The position numbers were made by a program, and so were the translations under genes. The notes under the pieces are model-generated. The model ran no database searches and was not told where the DNA came from. It saw only the letters and a program-made list of their open reading frames with translations. Shown piece by piece: positions 27,596-37,761 of a stretch of DNA of 50,327 bases (within the stretch, counting starts at the first letter, position 1; every line of letters starts with the position of its first letter). This DNA comes from Deltaproteobacteria bacterium (GTDB lineage Bacteria > Myxococcota_A > UBA9160 > SMWR01): NCBI GenBank assembly GCA_032128375.1, contig JAQBGU010000114.1, positions 1 to 50,327 of the forward strand, written 5' to 3'.

Positions 27596-28963
27596 CTAGT
27601 ACTGAAAGAACCTCCAGCGGGGCTTGTCCAGTTCCGTGAGCTCTTCGAAATCCGCTGAAATCATCTGTAGAAACATCGGCCGCGCCGCCGAACTCACGAG
27701 CAGCACGACGACCACGCATAGCGGTGCAAGCACGGCGCGCCCGAATCGCCCAGCGAGCGCTCGGTCGACTCCCACTGCCGAGGCGATCGATATCCAGAAC
27801 GCGAATGGTACGCGAAATCGCGTCGCTCCGACCATCGCAGACACGAGTGCCGTGAAGGTGAGCGTGTAGTACAAGATGAGACGAAGCGTTGGGTCGCGCA
27901 GCAGCGTCGACAGGCCCAACGCCGCCGCCACTGCTGCAAGCACCCATGCGAGCTCGATGACCCAGAACATGGTCAGGAAGGTGCCCCGACTCACCGGTCC
28001 GTAGCCGCCCAAAACCAGGTGACGCACTACGAAGGACTCCAGTCCCCACAGGTTGACGATGCGAATGGCTGCGTTGCGCGCGAAGCGCGCCGGGTCCGAC
28101 GTGATGGCTTCGACACCGCGTTTGGTTCCGATCCGACTGCGGGCAACCGGGTCGCGAATCGCTCGCCACTGGCTCAGGACGCGCTGCGGTCTGACTTCCG
28201 AGTTGCCCACCCAGAGGTTGTAGGGGCCTTGATTTTCGAGCACGATGGTCGGGCCGTAGCGAAGCTGGTTGCGGATCACCCAGGGCGCGATGACCGCAGC
28301 GGCTGTCGAACCGAAGACGAGTGCGACCGCGATCGCGCGCCGGAAGCCGAACCTCTGCAGCCAGCTCGCGGCCAGAAACAATGTGAAAAAGCCGAAGACG
28401 GGCTTGAGGAGCATCGCGATCCCGGTCAGAGCACCCAATCCACAAGACCTTCCAAACGAGCGTTCGTCGAGATCGACCACGCCGTCGAAGATGATCGCGA
28501 CGCAGAGCAAAAACAGCGTTTCAGGCCACAGCAGGTGCGAATACGCGATGAGTGTCGGGTCGAACAGCGCAAACATTGCCGCCAGTCGGGCCGCCCGCAC
28601 ACTGCCGATCCGAAGCGCGCTGCGGTAGATTGGGATCGCCGTTGCGACCGACACGGCGCACTGCACGAGCCTCGTGATCAAACCCCAACTGCCCTCATCG
28701 GAGATCGAACCGGTCGCCGCCACGAACAGGAAAAACAGTGGGGGCCTGACGAAGACGCCCGTCTCGAATTCGCCGGTCTCGAGCAAGCGTCGGGCATGAT
28801 GGAAATAGGTGAATTCGTCGCCCATCAGCAACATGCCGCTGTCGATCCAAAGTGCCAGCAGCGCGCGCAGCAATAGACCCGCACCGATCGCCCCGATCAA
28901 CCAACGGTCCGCAAGCACTTCGCGCAGCGCGGCCCGCTCGGTGCGCCGGACCGGCGCGTTCAT
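27596..28963 (-). CDS. GT-C fold membrane glycosyltransferase, paralogue of 24628-25992
   Basis: DE..Y, RPPLF, PWVIRNQL.YGPTI..EN.GPYNLW.GN; ATGA-coupled to upstream sulfatase-like gene. Confidence 0.78.
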   Translation of the reverse strand: MNAPVRRTERAALREVLADRWLIGAIGAGLLLRALLALWIDSGMLLMGDEFTYFHHARRLLETGEFETGVFVRPPLFFLFVAATGSISDEGSWGLITRLVQCAVSVATAIPIYRSALRIGSVRAARLAAMFALFDPTLIAYSHLLWPETLFLLCVAIIFDGVVDLDERSFGRSCGLGALTGIAMLLKPVFGFFTLFLAASWLQRFGFRRAIAVALVFGSTAAAVIAPWVIRNQLRYGPTIVLENQGPYNLWVGNSEVRPQRVLSQWRAIRDPVARSRIGTKRGVEAITSDPARFARNAAIRIVNLWGLESFVVRHLVLGGYGPVSRGTFLTMFWVIELAWVLAAVAAALGLSTLLRDPTLRLILYYTLTFTALVSAMVGATRFRVPFAFWISIASAVGVDRALAGRFGRAVLAPLCVVVVLLVSSAARPMFLQMISADFEELTELDKPRWRFFQY

Positions 28964-30300
28964 TCGATATATCCGAGATCGCGGAGCCAATCACCCACGT
29001 CCGCGGGGATTTTCGGAAGCGCCGGCTTTGACTCCGGAGCCACGAGCGTCGATCGCACGGACGCCAGTCCCGCGCGCATCGATTCCTCGATCGAAGCGTT
29101 GGCGACCGGTCGCGACTCTCCCGGGTCCGTATCAATCCGGTAGAGCGCTGATTGGCCGTCTCCACTCGCGATCAGCTTCCACGGCCACCGGATCGCGACA
29201 TCGACGTCTCGATCAACCCGGCGCCCGCGCACTTCGTCGATGGTCGGGTTGCGTCGAAACTCCGCGAATGCCACGTCGCGCTCACCGATTGCCACAGCAT
29301 CGAGACCCTCCGGCAGGCGAAAGCCGACCTCTTCGGCCACGATCGTCAGCAGGTCGACGAGCGAAACAGTGGAGTCGACCACATCACCGGCGCGCCGGCC
29401 ATGGGGCAGGCGCACGATCAGCGCTGCCCGAATCAATTCCTCGTAGAGCCAATAGCCGTGCCCCACCAGGCCGTGTTCGCCGAGTAACTCGCCGTGGTCC
29501 GACACCGCGATCACCAGCGCGCCCTCGTAGCGTCCGATTTCGCGCAGGCAGTCGAGAAGTCGCCCGATCTGGTGATCCATGTATCGGATCTCACCGACGT
29601 AGGGACCTCGCATGTATCGGTCGCGCGTCTTCGGCAATTTTGGCGAAATGGCAGGCGGCGAATAGGGTTGGTGTGGATCGAAGTAGTTCATCAACAGGTG
29701 AAGCGGACGATCCCGCGGCACGGTCCGCAGCCATGCGATCGCGCGATCGGTGATCTCGGCCCCGGTTCTCCCCCCAAAGCCCGATAGCTCGGCGTCGCGA
29801 CTCTGATAGCCCTGCAGGAGTCCGAACACGGGCGCCAGCCAGGGCCCGGCAACGAAAGCCCCCGTCGCGTAACCCGCCGCGGCCAACCATTCGGCCAATA
29901 CCATCTCGTCGTCGGAGAGCCGATTCGCGCGGAAACGCGAGTCGAGCCTCGGCACGACCTCGTCGAGGCCGACTCCGACTCCGGGCTGCGATGCGTAGTC
30001 GGCGCCGTGGCGTGTCGGGTACTTCCCGGTAAACATCGATGCGTGGGCGGGTAGTGTCCACGGCGAAGTCGACCATGCGCGCGTGTAGAGCACGCCCTCG
30101 CGGGCGAGCGCGTCGAGGTTCGGGGTGGTCCCGCCTTTGTGGCCGTAGGCGCCGAGGTGATCGGCTCGCGTCGTATCGAGCGTGATCAACACGACGTCCG
30201 GAGGCGCCCCGCTTCCCCGCTGGCAGCCCAGACCCGCCCATCCAATGGACGCGATGAGCACCGCACAGATTGCCGAGAACACTCTGCAAATTCCGTGCAC
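28960..30300 (-). CDS. Sulfatase-like lipoprotein
   Basis: Lipobox-like GLGC; DTTRADH, WTLPAHAS..TG, DPHQPY, SDHGE, terminal LRDLGY. Confidence 0.85.
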   Translation of the reverse strand: MHGICRVFSAICAVLIASIGWAGLGCQRGSGAPPDVVLITLDTTRADHLGAYGHKGGTTPNLDALAREGVLYTRAWSTSPWTLPAHASMFTGKYPTRHGADYASQPGVGVGLDEVVPRLDSRFRANRLSDDEMVLAEWLAAAGYATGAFVAGPWLAPVFGLLQGYQSRDAELSGFGGRTGAEITDRAIAWLRTVPRDRPLHLLMNYFDPHQPYSPPAISPKLPKTRDRYMRGPYVGEIRYMDHQIGRLLDCLREIGRYEGALVIAVSDHGELLGEHGLVGHGYWLYEELIRAALIVRLPHGRRAGDVVDSTVSLVDLLTIVAEEVGFRLPEGLDAVAIGERDVAFAEFRRNPTIDEVRGRRVDRDVDVAIRWPWKLIASGDGQSALYRIDTDPGESRPVANASIEESMRAGLASVRSTLVAPESKPALPKIPADVGDWLRDLGYIE

Positions 30301-30399
30301 GCGAAGACTCTAGCCGTGTCGATCCAGGTCTTCATCTATTTCCGCGCGACGCCGAACATCTCGTAGCCGGGTCAGGGTGGCCCCAGTGTGCGCAGAATC

Positions 30400-31488
30400 T
30401 CAGCCCGATCCATCCGCGAGCAGCGCTAGCGCTTTCGCGGTCACGGCCGCGTGGGGCAGATCCGAGATCGCGGATTGCGCAAGCCATTTGTGGGCGTCGA
30501 AGCCGGTGACTCGGGTTCGCCCCTGCGCGCCGGTACAGCGGAAGACATGGAGCGTCAGCTGACGGTGCGTGAAAATGTGCTCCACTGAGCCGACGTGGGT
30601 GGCGACGGCGACCGTCAATCCGACTCGCTCGGAAAGGGCGTCGCGCAACGCACCGGCCGGTTCGGCTCCGGGTGCCAGTTCGGCTCCGGGCAGATCCCAA
30701 AGCCCGCCTAGCAAGCCTGCAGACGGGCGCTTGACGGCGAGCGCTCTGCCACGCCGCAGCACCAATCCGGCAACGGCTTCGACCCTGCGCGGCTTTTTCT
30801 TCTTCGGCCGGATCGGCAGCTTCGTGGCATCACCGGTGCGGTGGGCATCACATAACTCGAGCAGTGGACAGTCGGTGCATCGCGTCGCTTTGGGTGTGCA
30901 GAGCGTCGCACCCAGTTCCATCATGGCCTGGTTGAGGTCGCCAGGATTGCGGCCCTGCACCAGCGCGTCTGCCTCTCGCCACAAGCGCTCGACGATGGCC
31001 GGCTTTGTGATGTCTTCGCGGATTCCGAGCAATCGAGACAGCACCCGTTTTACATTGCCGTCGAGCACCGGCTCTGGCCGATCGAACGCGATGGAAGCGA
31101 CCGCGCCTGCGGTGTAGCGGCCGATCCCCGGCAGACGCATCAGCGTTTCGATATCGTCGGGGAGTTCACCGCCGTGTTCGTCGTCGATCACGCGCGCGGC
31201 TGCCTGCAAGTTTCGGGCGCGCGAGTAATAGCCCAGGCCGGCCCAGGCACCGAGCACGTTGTCGGTGTCTGCCGTTGCGAGTGTGTGAACGTCCGGGAAC
31301 TTCTCGATGAACCGCTCCCAATACGGGATCACGGTGTCCACGCGGGTCTGCTGCAGCATTGCCTCGGAAATCCAGATCGCGTACGGATCGCGCGTGTCGC
31401 GCCACGGCATCGACCGCTTGTTGGCGCGGTACCACGCAAGCAGCCTGCGGCGCACGGTTCGGGTCGCGGAGGTCTTCGGAGTCGACAT
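30400..31488 (-). CDS. mutY: A/G-specific adenine glycosylase
   Basis: SE.MLQQT, LPGIGRYTA HhH, DGNV.RV, Cx6Cx2Cx5C Fe-S motif, NUDIX-like tail. Confidence 0.95.
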   Translation of the reverse strand: MSTPKTSATRTVRRRLLAWYRANKRSMPWRDTRDPYAIWISEAMLQQTRVDTVIPYWERFIEKFPDVHTLATADTDNVLGAWAGLGYYSRARNLQAAARVIDDEHGGELPDDIETLMRLPGIGRYTAGAVASIAFDRPEPVLDGNVKRVLSRLLGIREDITKPAIVERLWREADALVQGRNPGDLNQAMMELGATLCTPKATRCTDCPLLELCDAHRTGDATKLPIRPKKKKPRRVEAVAGLVLRRGRALAVKRPSAGLLGGLWDLPGAELAPGAEPAGALRDALSERVGLTVAVATHVGSVEHIFTHRQLTLHVFRCTGAQGRTRVTGFDAHKWLAQSAISDLPHAAVTAKALALLADGSG

Positions 31489-31539
31489 GGATCGCGAGAC
31501 GAACTCTAGCTACGACAAGCTACGAACAACCACCGGCGG

Positions 31540-32913
31540 CTACTGCGAAGTTGGCTCGATCCGCGCTTCGATGTGAGTTCGCACCCACAGTGGATCCCAC
31601 CATTCGAGCGGCTCCACATAGGTGCCACCCAGGATGGTCGCGAAATGCAGATGGTCGCCACCCGCGAGACCTGTAGCGCCCGAGAGTCCCAGTTGGGCGC
31701 GTTTCTCGACACTGTCTCCGGCTGCCACGTCCATCCGAGACAGATGCGCGTAGAGGGTGAATAGACCGAGACCATGATCGACGATGACGCATTGGCCGTA
31801 GATTCCGAGTTCGTGGGCAAAGACGACCCGGCCGGAATTGGACGCCTCGATTGGCGCGCCCGATGTCGACGCGAGGTCGTATCCAAAGTGGGTGGCGCTC
31901 GAGATCTTCACTCCGTTGCTGAAGTACGAACGGCGCTCGGCGAAGCGGCTCGTCACCTTGGAGTTTGGCAGCTGCACAAACGCTCCTCGCCAGAGCTGGG
32001 TCTGTGCCGAATCGGTGACGAGTTCCCGAATCCGCGCTTCGTTACTCGCCCTCACGCGGGTGTTGATCTCATTGAATGCGCTCTCGAGGTTTTCTTTCGC
32101 GATTCCCTCGCTGTCAGCCAGGTTTCGCACTGTCGTTTCCAGAAAGCTGGGCGGCAGCATGACATCGTCTTCCGGGAGGTTCCTTTCCTTGAGAACCACA
32201 GGCCAACTGGCGCGTCCGACATTTCCAGCACTGTCTTCGGCGATGACCTCGATCCGCGAGTTGGGCGCGGCGTCGGTTGCCACTGCAAACAGCGCGACGC
32301 GATGGGACAGGTTCTGTTCGTCACCAGGCATGGGGTAACCCTGGTAGAAACTGTCGCCGACCTGCACGCCGTCGCGCGCAGTCGGTTCGCCGATGCGGTA
32401 CACGACTGCTCCCGAACCGCCGCGCGTGACATAGGTCAGCCCGCTGTCGACCTGGATGCGCGGTTTTGCGAGATCGATCTCCAGTGGAACTTGCCAACGT
32501 GTCTCGTTGCCCAACAAACCATCGCGCCACGACCAGTCGCGGGCGGTGGCGACCAACGTGGCAGCGCCTTCCGCAAGATCCAACTTGGCTGGATCGATAT
32601 GAAATTCGATCCGCTCCAACAATTGAGGAGGGGTGCCGCCGCTCCCGATGTTGCCGGGGTACAGGGTCTCCAGCAATACCGCCTCGCCCTGTGCGTGCTC
32701 GATGACGACCCGAACCTGTCGCAGCCCCGACCCGCTGTCGGCGACGTCGATTGCGATGGTTCGACCTGGGACACCGATCGCGGCGGGCGCAGCAGCGTCG
32801 AAAGTCGGTGCGTCGCCCTCTGCACGAAACCATGCAACACCCGCACCGCCGAGCAGAGCGATCGCTAACGCGACCCCCATCAGTCCACGAAAAGTCACGA
32901 AGCCCCCCGGCAT
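31540..32913 (-). CDS. M23-family metallopeptidase
   Basis: HFGYD, YAHLS, HLHF; N-terminal TM; start uncertain. Confidence 0.9.
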   Translation of the reverse strand: MPGGFVTFRGLMGVALAIALLGGAGVAWFRAEGDAPTFDAAAPAAIGVPGRTIAIDVADSGSGLRQVRVVIEHAQGEAVLLETLYPGNIGSGGTPPQLLERIEFHIDPAKLDLAEGAATLVATARDWSWRDGLLGNETRWQVPLEIDLAKPRIQVDSGLTYVTRGGSGAVVYRIGEPTARDGVQVGDSFYQGYPMPGDEQNLSHRVALFAVATDAAPNSRIEVIAEDSAGNVGRASWPVVLKERNLPEDDVMLPPSFLETTVRNLADSEGIAKENLESAFNEINTRVRASNEARIRELVTDSAQTQLWRGAFVQLPNSKVTSRFAERRSYFSNGVKISSATHFGYDLASTSGAPIEASNSGRVVFAHELGIYGQCVIVDHGLGLFTLYAHLSRMDVAAGDSVEKRAQLGLSGATGLAGGDHLHFATILGGTYVEPLEWWDPLWVRTHIEARIEPTSQ

Positions 32914-33067
32914 CCTGGAACACGCAGCGCAGATGCGCTGCCTGTTGTGTGGCTCAAGTTGTAGTGAACGCTCCCTCATCCGCCAGTTTTTTCCGCATTG
33001 ACGTGGGGAGGCGACTCACCGATGCTGCGGGCGCATCCACTACCCCCTGGTCCAAGTTCGCGCCAGA

Positions 33068-33688
33068 ATGGAGAAATTCATGCCCCCGCTGAGTCGAATC
33101 GTGATGGTCCGCCACGGCGAAACGGAGGGGCAGTCGAGCGTTCGATTTCACGGTAGCGGCGATGTCCCGCTTTCCGATGAGGGCCGGTCCCAACTTCGGC
33201 GGAGCGCTCGTCGGCTCCGCGGGGAAGCCTTCGACCTGGTTGTGGCCAGTAACCTGCGCCGCTCGTGGGAAGCTGCGGCGATCGTTTCGGGGAACGCTCC
33301 AGTGAGAATGGACCCGAACTTCCGAGAGATCGACTTTGGTCGCTGGGAAGGTCTGACGGCCGCAGAGATCGAGGCGACTGACCCCGTTTTGTACGAGGAC
33401 TGGCAGGAGGGACGCGAGGGGTTTGATTTCCCCGGCGGAGAGCTTCGCGCTGATTTTCGGGCCCGCATCGTAAAGGGGATCGAATCGCTCAAGGCCAGTG
33501 GCGCGAGCAGCGTGTTGTTGGTTTGCCACAAGGGTGTGATTCGGGCGCTCGGCGAGACCCTCACAGGCCTACCGCTCGCAGACGCAGTCGAACTCGCCGG
33601 GATCACATCGGTGAGTCGCGGCCCCGACGGTCAATGGTTCGAGGGCCGCAAGAGCAGCGACCCCGGTTTTCAAAACGGGGGTGTGTAG
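33068..33688 (+). CDS. Histidine phosphatase family protein
   Basis: RHGET, S.L.R, EIDFGRWEG, VCHKG. Confidence 0.9.
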   Translation: MEKFMPPLSRIVMVRHGETEGQSSVRFHGSGDVPLSDEGRSQLRRSARRLRGEAFDLVVASNLRRSWEAAAIVSGNAPVRMDPNFREIDFGRWEGLTAAEIEATDPVLYEDWQEGREGFDFPGGELRADFRARIVKGIESLKASGASSVLLVCHKGVIRALGETLTGLPLADAVELAGITSVSRGPDGQWFEGRKSSDPGFQNGGV

Positions 33689-33723
33689 GTGAGAAACGGC
33701 GCAGTGAGGCATGACTGGCGGAA

Positions 33724-35676
33724 CTATTCATCGCCCTCGCGGAGTTGCGCGATAACGCTGTAGTCCTCCAGCGTCGTGGTGTCTCCAACCGATTCCTTGC
33801 CGGCCGCGATGTCACGCAGCAGCCTGCGCATGATCTTTCCGGAGCGTGTCTTCGGAAGGGCATCGGTGAAGCGGATATTCGCCGGCTTCGCGATTGCGCC
33901 GATCTGTTTCGCGACGTGCCCGCGAAGTTCATCGACAAGATCTGCGCCCGCTTCCACGCCCATGATCGGTGTAACGAAGGCGACGATCGCGGTCCCGGTG
34001 AGGTCGTCTGGGCGTCCGACGACGGCCGACTCGGCGACCTTCGAGTGGGATACCAGCGCGCTCTCGACTTCCATCGTGCCGATTCGATGGCCCGAGACGT
34101 TCATCACGTCATCGATTCGGCCCATGATCCAGAAAAAGCCCGAAGAGTCTCGATGGGCGCCGTCACCCGCGAGGTAGGTGTTCTTGAATTGACTCCAGTA
34201 GGTCTCCTTGAATCGCTTTGGATCGCCCCAGATCCCGCGCAACATTCCGGGCCATGGCCGACGAACGACGAGGAATCCGCCATCGGGCGCCACGACCGGC
34301 TCGCCCGTATCGGAAAGGACATCGGGGTCGATTCCTGGGAATGGCAGCGTGGCCGAACCGGGTTTCGTGTCCACACCCGCCGGCAGCGGCGAGATCATGA
34401 TGCCGCCGGTCTCGGTTTGCCAGAAGGTGTCGACGATCGGGCAGCGCTTGTTCCCGATAACGTGGTGGTACCACATCCAGGCTTCGGGGTTGATCGGCTC
34501 CCCGACCGTTCCGAGCAGCCGCAACGACGAGAGATCGTGGTTCTTCGGATGCGCGTCGCCCAATCGGATGAAGGCTCGGATCGCGGTCGTCGCCGTGTAG
34601 AAGATACTCACGCGATGGCGCTCGATGATGTCCCAGAAACGATCGGGACCAGGATGCGTGGGGACTCCTTCGTACATCAGGCTGGTCGCACCATTGGCGA
34701 GGATTCCATAAACCACGTAGGAGTGTCCGGTCACCCAACCGATGTCCGCCGTGCACCAGAACGTGTCGGTGTCCTTCAGGTCGAAGATCGCCTTCGCGGT
34801 CGTAGTCACGTGCGTCAGGTAACCGCCGGTCGTGTGTAGGATGCCCTTGGGTTTGCCGGTGGTGCCGCTGGTATACAGGATGAACAGCGGGTGTTCCGAA
34901 TCGAGCTTCGCCGGTGGGCACTTCGCACTCGCCTGCTTCATCAGATCGTGCCACCAGTGGTCGCGCCCGGACTCGAACCGCGTATGCTGGCCAGTCCGTT
35001 GCACGACCACGACGTTCTCGACCACCGCAACACCCTCCAGTGCTTCGTCGACGGCCGGTTTGAGCGCGTGGGCGGCGCCGCGGCGGTAGCCGCCATCCGC
35101 TGTAACCACAAGCTTCGCGCCCGCATCTTCGATGCGATCGCGCAATGCCTCAGCGGAAAAGCCGCCAAACACCACGCTGTGAACCGCGCCGATGCGCGTA
35201 CAGGCGAGGATCGAGATTGCGAGTTCTGGGATCATCGGCATGTAGAGCGCGACTCGGTCCCCTTTCTTTACGCCAAGGCCCTTCATCACGTTCGCGAACT
35301 TGCACACCTCCCGGTGCAATTCGCCAAAGGTGAGCACGCGTGTGTCTCCTGGCTCACCTTCCCAGATGATCGCCGCCTTGTTGCGTCGCCAGGCATTTTC
35401 GCCCTCGAGGTGACGATCGAGGCAGTTGTAGGAGACGTTCAGCTTCCCGCCGATGAACCACTTCGCAAACGGTGGCTTCCACTGAAGAACCTGCTTCCAG
35501 GGTGTGAACCAGCTGACGTTGTCTTTGGCCATCTTCGCCCAGAAGCGTTCCGGGTTCTCGGTGCCGAGCTTCCGGTACTCGTCGATCGTCTTCTTGTTCC
35601 AGTTCGCCTGTTTCACGAACTCGGGACTCGGCTTGAAGCTGCGCTTCTCTTTCAACAGGGATTCGATGTCAGCCAT
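33724..35676 (-). CDS. acs: Acetyl-CoA synthetase
   Basis: [41 protein letters not shown]. Confidence 0.97.
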   Translation of the reverse strand: MADIESLLKEKRSFKPSPEFVKQANWNKKTIDEYRKLGTENPERFWAKMAKDNVSWFTPWKQVLQWKPPFAKWFIGGKLNVSYNCLDRHLEGENAWRRNKAAIIWEGEPGDTRVLTFGELHREVCKFANVMKGLGVKKGDRVALYMPMIPELAISILACTRIGAVHSVVFGGFSAEALRDRIEDAGAKLVVTADGGYRRGAAHALKPAVDEALEGVAVVENVVVVQRTGQHTRFESGRDHWWHDLMKQASAKCPPAKLDSEHPLFILYTSGTTGKPKGILHTTGGYLTHVTTTAKAIFDLKDTDTFWCTADIGWVTGHSYVVYGILANGATSLMYEGVPTHPGPDRFWDIIERHRVSIFYTATTAIRAFIRLGDAHPKNHDLSSLRLLGTVGEPINPEAWMWYHHVIGNKRCPIVDTFWQTETGGIMISPLPAGVDTKPGSATLPFPGIDPDVLSDTGEPVVAPDGGFLVVRRPWPGMLRGIWGDPKRFKETYWSQFKNTYLAGDGAHRDSSGFFWIMGRIDDVMNVSGHRIGTMEVESALVSHSKVAESAVVGRPDDLTGTAIVAFVTPIMGVEAGADLVDELRGHVAKQIGAIAKPANIRFTDALPKTRSGKIMRRLLRDIAAGKESVGDTTTLEDYSVIAQLREGDE

Positions 35677-35784
35677 GCCGCTCAGTCCTCACGATGGATG
35701 TGTGTATTGGCGATCGAACGGGTCGCCTGCGTGAAATCGAGTGGATCGGGAGGTAAGAGAGACTGGACCCGGTTTTACCCGACG

Positions 35785-37080
35785 TCACTGTCGTACGACG
35801 AACGCCTCGATCTCTTCGGGTTCAGTCGGGATTGCGGCTGTGAGATTTTCGCAGCCGTCGTTGGTCACAGCGATGTCATCTTCGATCCGAACGCCGATTC
35901 CACGGAACTCCAAACTCGCTTCTTCATCGTCGGCGGCAACGTAGACGCCCGGCTCCACGGTGAATACCATCCCGTCGGCGAGCGGGCGGTGTTGGCCGCC
36001 GATTCGATACGATCCCACGTCGTGCACGTCGAGACCGAGCCAGTGGCTGGTGTTGTGCATGTAGTAGCGCTTGTAGGCCTCACTCTCGATCAATCCACTG
36101 ACGTCGCCCGAAAGCAGCTTCAAGTCGACGAGACCCTCGACGATGGAGCGAACCGAGGCGTCGTGGATGTCAGCCAGCGTCCTACCGGGTTGACATTGCT
36201 CGAGGCCTGCACGCTGGGATGCCAGCACGATTTCGTAGATGGCGCGTCCGGCCGCTGTGAAACGCCCACCGATCGGGTAGGTGCGCGTGACGTCGGATGC
36301 GTAGCCTTCCAGTTCGCAGCCGGCATCGACCAGCACCATCTCGTTTTCGCGAAGTTTCTCGCTGTTGGTGATGTAGTGGAGCACGGTCGCGTTGCTTCCG
36401 CCGCCGACGATCGTCGTGTAGGCGGCGCCGCACGCGCCGCGACGCCGAAACGTGTATTCGATTGCCGCTTGCATCTCGAACTCGCTGAATCCCGGTTGCG
36501 CGAATTCGGCACCGGCTGCGTGCGCCTCGTGAGTGATCGCTGCGGCTCTTCGCATAATGTCGAGTTCGGCGGGTTCTTTGAACAGGCGCATCGGGTGCAC
36601 GATCGAGCGCGGGTCGATGATCGCGTCTGCTGGTTCGATACCCTGGCGCGAACGCAGCCGGAGCTGTTCGAGGGTTCTCGCGATCACCCCGTCGGCCTCG
36701 GCGTCGCGTCCGAGCACGTGGAAGATTCGCTTGGCGGCGCCGACGAGGTCGGGCAGGTGCTTGTGAAAGTCGGCCGCAGAGTGGGCTTCGTCTGCGCCGT
36801 AGTGCTCCTTTGCACCAGCGGTACCCGGCCGATAGCCGGTCCAGATCTCCATTTCACGATTGCGTGGTTCCACGTAGAGCGTGAATTCGGGGCCGCCGTC
36901 AGTACGGAGTACCGCGACCGCATTGGGATGCCCGAAGCCGGTCAAATACCAGAAGTCACTGTTCTGCCGGAATGGATACTCGGTGTCGGCCGAACGCGTC
37001 ACCATCCGCGCGCCTAGAAACAAGGCAACGGCATCGGCGCCCATGGCGTCGCAAACTCTTTTTCGGCGCTCGGCAAACAC
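35785..37080 (-). CDS. pepP: Xaa-Pro aminopeptidase
   Basis: FRQNSDFWYLTG, DAG..YASDVTRT, HWLGLDVHD, TVEPG, RIEDD. Confidence 0.95.
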   Translation of the reverse strand: MFAERRKRVCDAMGADAVALFLGARMVTRSADTEYPFRQNSDFWYLTGFGHPNAVAVLRTDGGPEFTLYVEPRNREMEIWTGYRPGTAGAKEHYGADEAHSAADFHKHLPDLVGAAKRIFHVLGRDAEADGVIARTLEQLRLRSRQGIEPADAIIDPRSIVHPMRLFKEPAELDIMRRAAAITHEAHAAGAEFAQPGFSEFEMQAAIEYTFRRRGACGAAYTTIVGGGSNATVLHYITNSEKLRENEMVLVDAGCELEGYASDVTRTYPIGGRFTAAGRAIYEIVLASQRAGLEQCQPGRTLADIHDASVRSIVEGLVDLKLLSGDVSGLIESEAYKRYYMHNTSHWLGLDVHDVGSYRIGGQHRPLADGMVFTVEPGVYVAADDEEASLEFRGIGVRIEDDIAVTNDGCENLTAAIPTEPEEIEAFVVRQ

Positions 37081-37464
37081 GCGACAATCTTACCCCGCAT
37101 TCTTCAGGCTGCCGTTGTGATGGGTCGATGTCTGACAAGCGGTCTGACAATGCTTTCGGCGAAACGGCGGGAGTAAAGACCCACCAACCAGCACGGGATG
37201 GGATCGGGTCGCCCGCACTTTTCGTCCAGCTCTCCGCATCCGCCCGCTCTGCCTGAGAAGACGGTTGCCGACCGCCGCCTACGGCTGCAGTGCGTCGAGC
37301 GGGTGCGCGCAGTGTGGGGGCCGCCAACAGCCCGTTCTTGCGGGCTTTTTTCGGGCTGACGGGGGTCTGGATGACCGCTGCGCGCGCTTTCGCCTGCCAA
37401 CTCCCGGTGCGGGAAGGATTGATTCATTTCCTTTGAATTCAACTACTTATGATGTTCTAGAAGT

Positions 37465-37480
37465 TGGCACGCAACCTGCT
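37465..37480 (+). promoter_or_regulatory. Sigma-54 promoter of putative sRNA
   Basis: TGGCACGCAACCTGCT, preceded by AT-rich IHF-like tract ATTCAACTACTTA (37437-37449). Confidence 0.75.
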
Positions 37481-37490
37481 TAAGACAAGG

Positions 37491-37640
37491 CTGTAAGATC
37501 TGGAACTGGAGCCACCGGGTGTTTAGCGGGCGCGCACATTCGGTGGCTTCATTCCCCCGGAGCCCCGCAGACGGATGGAAGGCGCTTTCTCCCCCAGAAC
37601 GGCACTCAGCCTTCTCGGGACTCGGGGGGCCAGATCTTCA
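37491..37640 (+). ncRNA. Putative structured small RNA (three-way junction)
   Basis: P1 37495-37503/37630-37638 (9 bp perfect), P2 37507-37522/37536-37551 (16 bp, 3 G-U), P3 37553-37567/37616-37629 with inner stems; begins at predicted sigma-54 TSS. Confidence 0.65.
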
Positions 37641-37761
37641 TCCCGCCTCGCGCCTCTCCGATCAGCCCGATCTGGCGCATAGAACCGGGTCACGCCCGCA
37701 GCCGCAGCTACTCGACGTGCTACTCCGGAGCGACGGTCGCCAGCTCGAGCCCGGCGGCGGC

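Noticed and set aside
34891..37017. 708-aa plus-strand ORF
   Set aside because: Antisense shadow of acs and pepP, common in high-GC DNA
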